64,000 bases of DNA from assembly GCA_040756745.1 (NCBI GenBank), contig JBFLYO010000002.1, positions 25,985-89,984 on the forward strand. The letters run 5' to 3'. A program made the position numbers and the translations under genes. Below are positions 58,288 through 64,000 of the stretch, piece by piece (positions within the stretch are counted from its first letter, which is position 1; each line of letters begins with the position of its first letter). The notes below the pieces were generated by a model that was given only the letters and a program-made list of their open reading frames with translations, ran no database searches and was not told the DNA's origin. The DNA is from Bacteroidota bacterium. Its GTDB lineage: Bacteria > Bacteroidota > Ignavibacteria > UBA10030 > UBA6906.

Positions 58288-59331
58288 ATGACGTTCGTTC
58301 CTTCGTATATCGCTCTGCACCGTTCCGGCGACCTCCGCCGCAGGGCGGAACGTCTGCATGCCATGCTGTCCTCCTGCACGATCTGCCCGCACCGCTGCGG
58401 GAATGACAGGCTGAAGGAAGAGCTCGCACGCTGCTACTCGGGCTCGCTCCCCATCGTCTCCGCGTACACACCCCATTTCGGCGAAGAGCCCGCGCTTGTC
58501 GGGACCCGAGGTGTCGGCAACATCTTCTTCGGCAACTGCAACCTCCGCTGCGTGTACTGCCAGAACTACCGGATCAGCCAGAACCATCGTGAAGAACGGC
58601 AGAACGAGGTAAGCCTCGAGCGCCTCGCCGGGATGATGCTCGAGCTTCAGGCGCTGGGCTGTCACGAGATCGGCCTTGTGTCGCCTACGCATTTTGTTCC
58701 GCAGATCATCGAAGCGCTCATCATCGCGGCCGACGGCGGCCTTGCTCTCCCGCTGATCTACAACACGAACGCGTATGACGACCTTGAGGTGCTTCGCCAG
58801 CTCGACGGCGTGATTGACATTTACCTCCCCGATCTGAAATACGCAGACGAGGAATTTGGCTACCGGTATTCGAGGGTGCACGACTACCCCGCGCATGCGC
58901 GGGCAGCGCTCCTCGAAATGCACCGCCAGGTAGGGAGCGAGCTGGTGCGGGGCGACGATGGACTCGTCAAGCGCGGGCTGATCATCCGTCACCTGATCCT
59001 GCCGAACGACCTCGCCGGGAGTAAGGAATCGCTTACCTGGATACGCGACAATCTGGGACCACGGACGACGCTCAGCGTGATGGCGCAATATTTCCCGACA
59101 CACAAGGCGGTCACGACGCCCCTGCTGGATCGGAAAATCCGAGGAAGCGAATATCATCGGGTCATTGCCCTCCTCGACCGGCTCGGGATGGACGACGGGT
59201 GGGCACAGGAGTTTGAGGCGTCGGAGTACTACAGGCCCGAATTCGAAGACAGGGAACGCCCGTTCAAAGGGGGAGCAGACAATGACGTCGAACGCCACGT
59301 CTCAGCCGAGGAACGCCATGATGTCGGATGA
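58288..59331 (+). CDS. Radical SAM protein, PflX-like
   Basis: CTICPHRC, PHFGEEP, CNLRCVYCQN, YLPDLKY, IRHLILP. Confidence 0.88.
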   Translation: MTFVPSYIALHRSGDLRRRAERLHAMLSSCTICPHRCGNDRLKEELARCYSGSLPIVSAYTPHFGEEPALVGTRGVGNIFFGNCNLRCVYCQNYRISQNHREERQNEVSLERLAGMMLELQALGCHEIGLVSPTHFVPQIIEALIIAADGGLALPLIYNTNAYDDLEVLRQLDGVIDIYLPDLKYADEEFGYRYSRVHDYPAHARAALLEMHRQVGSELVRGDDGLVKRGLIIRHLILPNDLAGSKESLTWIRDNLGPRTTLSVMAQYFPTHKAVTTPLLDRKIRGSEYHRVIALLDRLGMDDGWAQEFEASEYYRPEFEDRERPFKGGADNDVERHVSAEERHDVG

Positions 59332-59794
59332 CCGCTGGAAAAAGATCGAACAGATCCGTGCCCTCCCTGCCCTCCTGGAGCAGGCGGTGAAAGGTTTGAG
59401 CGACGAGCAACTGGACACTCCGTATCGGGATGGGGGGTGGACCGCGAGGCAGGTGGTTCATCATGTGGCCGATTCGCACATGAATGCCATGGTTCGCATG
59501 AAGCTGATATTGACCGAGGATCATCCCACCGTGAAGCCGTATAACCAGGACGCCTGGGCCGCGCTCGTCGATTCGACAGCGTTGCCGGTGGACGTTTCCC
59601 TGCAGATCATCCGGGGCCTGCACAGCCGCTGGACGAAACTTCTCGAGAGCGTCGGCGACGGCGACTGGCAGAAGAGCGCCCATCATCCTGAATCGGGGAC
59701 GCTGACACTCGACCGCATACTGGATATCTACTCAGCCCACGGCGAGAAACACGTCGGACAAATCCTCGGTCTCCGTCGCGCCAGGGGCTGGTGA
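59318..59794 (+). CDS. YfiT/BstA-family (DinB superfamily) thiol transferase
   Basis: LDTPYRDGGWTARQVVHHVADSHMN, LTEDHPTVKPY, HGEKH. Confidence 0.85.
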   Translation: MMSDDRWKKIEQIRALPALLEQAVKGLSDEQLDTPYRDGGWTARQVVHHVADSHMNAMVRMKLILTEDHPTVKPYNQDAWAALVDSTALPVDVSLQIIRGLHSRWTKLLESVGDGDWQKSAHHPESGTLTLDRILDIYSAHGEKHVGQILGLRRARGW

Positions 59795-59797
59795 GGC

Positions 59798-60454
59798 GTG
59801 CCCCGGCCTGCCCACAGGGACGTGGTGCACCGCATGCGGATGGCGCTCGTTGCGCTGATGATCGCCTCCACGTCTGTTGTGCCCGCACAGACACCGCAGA
59901 GGACGCCTTCGGCTTTGCCGACGCGTTCCGTCGCAGTGGTCGGGGGCATGTCATGGCCTGTCTCCCATGATGGGATCATGCAGTACTGGCGGGGCGGCCC
60001 CTCGGCGGGGACTGAAATTGCATTTCGGGTGGGGCGCCGTACCTGGATCGGGATAGAAGTCGAGGCTTCCGCGCTCTGGTTCAGGGCAGGGAAGTTCGGC
60101 GGTGCTCACCCGGGGGTGCGGGCGGAACACAAGCACATTGCCCACATGGCAATTGGGCTCACCGGGAAGTACGAATTCGCTGCCGTGCGTCGGCTCATCC
60201 CCTACGTCGGTCTTTCGGTGGGAGCGTCGCGCCTCACGCCGGCCATCGCACAGGAGATCGTCGATTCGGTGCGGGTGACCTACTTCAATATTCCCGGTCG
60301 AACCCGGCTTTCCGTCGGTTTCCTGGGGGGCGTGTCGTATCCCCTGACCCGCTGGCTGGCCATCGGCGTCGAAGCGAGGTGGCTCTACGTGCACAACGAT
60401 CCCGACATCGGCGCCACAACCGCAGTGCGAGGAAGGCTGCAGTTCAGCGTGTAG
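59798..60454 (+). CDS. Outer membrane beta-barrel protein
   Basis: Signal peptide; alternating beta strands (LIPYVGLSVG, GVEARWLY); C-terminal GRLQFSV. Confidence 0.65.
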   Translation: MPRPAHRDVVHRMRMALVALMIASTSVVPAQTPQRTPSALPTRSVAVVGGMSWPVSHDGIMQYWRGGPSAGTEIAFRVGRRTWIGIEVEASALWFRAGKFGGAHPGVRAEHKHIAHMAIGLTGKYEFAAVRRLIPYVGLSVGASRLTPAIAQEIVDSVRVTYFNIPGRTRLSVGFLGGVSYPLTRWLAIGVEARWLYVHNDPDIGATTAVRGRLQFSV

Positions 60455-60468
60455 GCACGAACAACCAC

Positions 60469-61059
60469 ATGCTCATGGACAAAGAACATATCCTCTCCGT
60501 ATTTCGCGATGCCGAGGCGCTGCTGGAGGGACATTTCCAGCTCACCTCTGGACTTCACAGCCCTACATACTTCCAATGCGCAAAGGTGTTGCAGCATCCG
60601 AAGTACTGCGAGCTGTTGTGCGGCGAGATAGCGCGTCACTACCTGGGCGCCGCGATCGACGCCGTCATTGCCCCCGCCCTCGGGGGGCTCGTTGTGTCGC
60701 AGGAGGTTGGCAGGCAGCTGCGGGTCCGCTCAATGTTTGCGGAGCGCAAGGAGGGAACGATGCAGCTTCGCCGCGGCTTTGTCATCGGCCGGGGAGAGCG
60801 TCTCCTGGTGTGCGAAGACGTGGTGACCACCGGGGGATCGGTCGGCGAAGTACTCCGCATCGTTTCGGAGGAGGGTGGCGTGGCGGCTGGTGTTGCGTGC
60901 ATTGTGGACCGCAGCGGAGGGACTTCGGCGAGCCAGGCCGGCGGCGGTGCACCCCTGTTTTCCGTGGTGGCGCTGGACGTTGTGACGTACCGGCCGGAAT
61001 CCTGTCCCCTCTGTGCGCGAGGCACTCCCGTGGTCAAACCGGGGAGCAGGGGGAACTGA
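60469..61059 (+). CDS. pyrE: Orotate phosphoribosyltransferase
   Basis: GHFQLTSGLHS, VCEDVVTTGGS, CPLC..KPGSR. Confidence 0.94.
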   Translation: MLMDKEHILSVFRDAEALLEGHFQLTSGLHSPTYFQCAKVLQHPKYCELLCGEIARHYLGAAIDAVIAPALGGLVVSQEVGRQLRVRSMFAERKEGTMQLRRGFVIGRGERLLVCEDVVTTGGSVGEVLRIVSEEGGVAAGVACIVDRSGGTSASQAGGGAPLFSVVALDVVTYRPESCPLCARGTPVVKPGSRGN

Positions 61060-61109
61060 TGGCTCATTCGCCTGGCGCAGCGCGTTGATCACATGACGGT
61101 GCAAGCGGG

Positions 61110-61676
61110 ATGGAGTTGAAGCTTCTGTCGCGCGAGACTCTCTACACCGGGAAGGTATTCGATCTCGTGGTGGACAGGATCGTCTACCCTTCAGGGAAGG
61201 AAGGCGTGCGTGAGATCGCCCGTCATCCCGGCGGCGCAGTCACAGTGCCGCTGATGGACGACGGGCGGGTCCTGCTCGTGCGGCAGCTCCGGTACCCCTT
61301 CGGCAGGCACATCACCGAGCTCCCTGCGGGGAAACTGTCGCCGGGGGAGGATCCTGCCGCCGCCGCCGCACGTGAGCTGGCGGAAGAGACCGGGTATGCG
61401 GCAGGAACGCTGGAGCATCTGGTCACGATCTACTCGACCCCCGGGTTCTGCGACGAACAGCTCCATATCTATCTCGCCCGTCACATCACCCCCCGGCCGG
61501 AGGGGATCGGACGCGAAGAGGGAGAGTCTTCCATGGTCGTGGAGGCAATACCGTTCGACGAGGCTGTTGCACGCGCGGTGCGAGGCGAGTTCCCCGATGC
61601 CAAGACCATCATCGGCCTCCTGCTCGCGGAGCGAACGCTGCGCACCGGACAAGGCGGCGGGCTTCACGACCGATGA
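61110..61676 (+). CDS. NUDIX hydrolase (ADP-ribose pyrophosphatase-like)
   Basis: ELPAGKL..GE..AAARELAEETG, TPGFCDE, DAKT. Confidence 0.9.
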   Translation: MELKLLSRETLYTGKVFDLVVDRIVYPSGKEGVREIARHPGGAVTVPLMDDGRVLLVRQLRYPFGRHITELPAGKLSPGEDPAAAAARELAEETGYAAGTLEHLVTIYSTPGFCDEQLHIYLARHITPRPEGIGREEGESSMVVEAIPFDEAVARAVRGEFPDAKTIIGLLLAERTLRTGQGGGLHDR

Positions 61677-61706
61677 ACTCCTTGGCGCGGACAGCTATAG
61701 CCAACT

Positions 61707-61853
61707 GTAAGGGCAGCGACGGTAAGGGCAGCGACGGTAAGGGTAGCGACGGTAAGGGCAGAATATATTCTGCCCTTACCTCCTGCCCCAACCTCCTGCC
61801 CCAACACGCCAGACCCACGCACTCCGCACTCCGCGATCCCAAATCCGAAATCC
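61707..61853. repeat. REP-like 30-bp palindrome with three 15-bp half-copies and short direct repeats
   Basis: GTAAGGGCAGCGACG x3; GGTAAGGGCAGAATATATTCTGCCCTTACC (61751-61780); TCCTGCCCCAAC x2; TCCGCAC/TCCGAAA heptamers. Confidence 0.8.
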
Positions 61854-61854
61854 T

Positions 61855-63198
61855 GTGAACCCCGTCGAACTGATCCGCAAGAAACGAAACGGCGGCGCAC
61901 TGGCGCCCGAGGAAATCTCCTGGCTCGTGGGGGCATATGCGAAGGGGGAGCTCCCCGATTACCAGATGTCCGCCTTCCTGATGGCAGTCTGCTTCCGGGG
62001 GATGACCGCGGACGAAACTACTGCGTTTGTCGATATCATGCTGCACTCCGGGAAGGTGATCGACCTCTCGTCGATCCCGGGACGGAAGGTGGACAAACAC
62101 TCCACGGGCGGCGTCGGCGACAAAGTGTCGCTCATCCTCGCTCCGATGGTGGCCGCATGCGGCGTCCCGGTGCCGATGATTTCCGGCCGCGGCCTCGGCC
62201 ACACGGGCGGTACGCTCGACAAGCTCGAGTCGATCCCGGGGTTTCGTACGGACCTGACGATCGATGAATACCGTGAGGTGATCCGCGACATCGGTCTCGT
62301 CATGATCGGACAGACCGCCGAGATTGCGCCGGCAGACCGCCGGATGTACGCACTGCGCGACGTGACTGCGACCGTCGAGTCCATTCCGTTGATCGCCGGG
62401 AGCATCATGAGCAAGAAACTCGCCGAAGGGATCGATGCACTTGTCCTTGACATCAAGAGCGGGGATGGAGCGTTCATGAAGACCTACAATGACGCTGTTA
62501 CCCTCGGGCGCACCCTTGTCGGGATCGGGACGGCAGCGGGCAAGGACACGCTGGGCATGATCACCGCAATGGACCAGCCGCTCGGCGCGGCGATCGGGAA
62601 CTGGTGCGAAGTGGAAGAAGCAATGGACTGCCTGCGGGGGAAAAACGTTGTGGATCTCATGGAGGTCACGTATGCCCTGGGGGGTGCCATGGTGTATTTC
62701 GGAGGTAAAGCGGCAAGCATTGCCGAGGGGATGGCGCTCTGCCGTTCGGCAATCTGGTCGGGCGCGGCGCATGAAAAGTTCCTGCAGCTGGTGGAACGAC
62801 AGGGCGGAGACATCGCATACCTCAACGAACCGGGACGCGTTCCTGCCCCCAGACACCGGATCGAGGTGCGTGCGACCTCTTCGGGATTCGTCGCCGGCTG
62901 CGCAACGATGAAGCTTGGCGTCCTTGCGGTTGAGCTCGGCGCGGGACGGCGGAAAGTGGACGACGTCATTGACCCGACGGCGGGGATCGTGCTTGCGAAA
63001 AAAGTGGGAGATCACACGGAGAAGGGGGAGACCCTCGCGACGATCTCCACCAACCGAGAGGACGCTGTACGCCGAGCTGCGGAAGTCTGCAGCGCATCAA
63101 TCACGATTGTCCCCGAGCGAGTTGCCCTCCCCCCGCGTGTGCAGGCACTGATCGACCGCGACGGTGTGAAGCCGTGGACCGCGCCCACGTATTATTGA
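61855..63198 (+). CDS. pdp: Pyrimidine-nucleoside / thymidine phosphorylase
   Basis: VDKHSTGGVGDK, SGRGLGHTGGTLDKLE, SIMSKKLA. Confidence 0.95.
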   Translation: MNPVELIRKKRNGGALAPEEISWLVGAYAKGELPDYQMSAFLMAVCFRGMTADETTAFVDIMLHSGKVIDLSSIPGRKVDKHSTGGVGDKVSLILAPMVAACGVPVPMISGRGLGHTGGTLDKLESIPGFRTDLTIDEYREVIRDIGLVMIGQTAEIAPADRRMYALRDVTATVESIPLIAGSIMSKKLAEGIDALVLDIKSGDGAFMKTYNDAVTLGRTLVGIGTAAGKDTLGMITAMDQPLGAAIGNWCEVEEAMDCLRGKNVVDLMEVTYALGGAMVYFGGKAASIAEGMALCRSAIWSGAAHEKFLQLVERQGGDIAYLNEPGRVPAPRHRIEVRATSSGFVAGCATMKLGVLAVELGAGRRKVDDVIDPTAGIVLAKKVGDHTEKGETLATISTNREDAVRRAAEVCSASITIVPERVALPPRVQALIDRDGVKPWTAPTYY

Positions 63199-63223
63199 CA
63201 ATGAGCGAAAAATCTGCTACTCT
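63195..63223 (+). promoter_or_regulatory. sigma70 promoter of the CBS-ferredoxin genes
   Basis: TTGACA-17-TACTCT with TG extension. Confidence 0.65.
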
Positions 63224-63295
63224 GGCTCACTGATCCCACCGTCGACCGCGCCGGGTCAAGGTGCGGGCATCCTTCAGTGTGCTGAGGAGGTTCCC

Positions 63296-63751
63296 ATGAA
63301 GCCGATCAGAGAAATGCTGGAGAGCCGTCCTGTCTACAGTATCAGCCGCTATGCGACTGTGCAGGAAGCGGCGGAGTTCATGGCGGCGAGGAATATTGGG
63401 GCGGTATCGGTGATGGAGGGTGACCGCCTCGTCGGGATATTCTCCGAGCGGGACGTTATCAACCGGGTGGTGGCGAAGCACCTCGATCCCGGCCGGGTGA
63501 GAGTGGACGAGGTGATGACCCGGGAGATCGTTGTCGGCGATGCGTCAGATACCTGCGACGATTGCCTGAGGAAAATGAAGGGGGCCAACTGTCGCCACCT
63601 TCCGATCGTCGAAGGGGATCGTCTGCTCGGCATGATCTCGCTGCGGGATCTGCTTCAGGTGGACATCAACGAGAAAGAGGACAAGATTGAGTTTCTGACG
63701 AACTACATGTTCCACGTCAGCCCGGATACCGTCAAACGCTACAGGTCGTAA
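63296..63751 (+). CDS. Stand-alone CBS-pair protein
   Basis: NIGAVSV..LVGIFSERD, VMTR, RHLPIV..LLGMISLRD. Confidence 0.9.
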   Translation: MKPIREMLESRPVYSISRYATVQEAAEFMAARNIGAVSVMEGDRLVGIFSERDVINRVVAKHLDPGRVRVDEVMTREIVVGDASDTCDDCLRKMKGANCRHLPIVEGDRLLGMISLRDLLQVDINEKEDKIEFLTNYMFHVSPDTVKRYRS

Positions 63752-63779
63752 TGCCAACGTCAGGAGGAGGAACAGGGGG

Positions 63780-64000
63780 ATGCCCGTCGTCACGTTCCAT
63801 CACGAGCACAGGTCCATCGAAGTTGAGCCAGGCACGAATCTCCGCCGTCTCATGCGCCACGTCGGAGTGCCTCCGTACCGGTGGTTTGCGCGGATCGCAA
63901 ACTGCCGGGGGCATAACCTCTGCGGGACATGCGCGGTGGAGATTGTCGATGGGAAGGGAGCGGCGGCTCGCTCTCAGGAGGAAGACACAACGCTGAGGGG
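63780..64000 (+). CDS. 2Fe-2S ferredoxin-like protein (partial)
   Basis: Manual translation: MPVVTFHHEHRSIEVEPGTNLRRLM..NCRGHNLCGTCAVEIV; GGAGG SD; runs off the window. Confidence 0.8.
   Translation, partial: MPVVTFHHEHRSIEVEPGTNLRRLMRHVGVPPYRWFARIANCRGHNLCGTCAVEIVDGKGAAARSQEEDTTLR

Noticed and set aside
61707-61780. Possible mini-CRISPR
   Set aside because: 15-bp head-to-tail units without spacers; better explained as REP-like
63751-63996. 81-aa ORF from the track
   Set aside because: The overlapping frame from ATG 63780 has an SD and a ferredoxin cysteine motif

Overview
GC-rich chromosomal window with no rRNA, tRNA or CRISPR array visible. The lineage is probably Ignavibacteria-like within the Bacteroidota/Chlorobi group; this is inferred from T9SS C-terminal domains, PorZ-like, DUF3276 and DUF3109 genes alongside E. 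coli-type sigma70 promoters. Most of the window is housekeeping. The main blocks are: add/sixA/adenosine-kinase-family operon, folate-linked histidine utilisation (hutU, hutI, split FTCD), rpmF-plsX-fab-acpP-rnc, ribH/PHP/Crp, an Omp85 envelope cluster, PGI-PMI/ptsI/HPr/isoprenoid genes, metK-ahcY, hypABFCDE followed by buk-ptb, glnD-murI-def, and pyrE-NUDIX-pdp. The best candidates for undescribed biology are: (1) a trio of exported proteins, namely a Tat-signalled class-V PLP lyase, a secreted Sm-like protein and a lipoprotein RidA; (2) adenosine deaminase + SixA + a phosphohistidine-forming adenosine-kinase-family protein; (3) a coupled metallopeptidase-TolB-Omp85 / BamB-like / PEGA cluster preceded by an unannotated 31-aa membrane peptide; (4) a HypC paralogue lacking its Cys and His; (5) a Crp gene that apparently needs a CTG start, with a box over its own promoter and a perfect class-II CRP site elsewhere; (6) a (GGN)n tract directly upstream of a PUR-domain gene. 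Several REP-like or tandem intergenic repeats and a transposase remnant are also present. All family calls come from motif recognition, not database searches.
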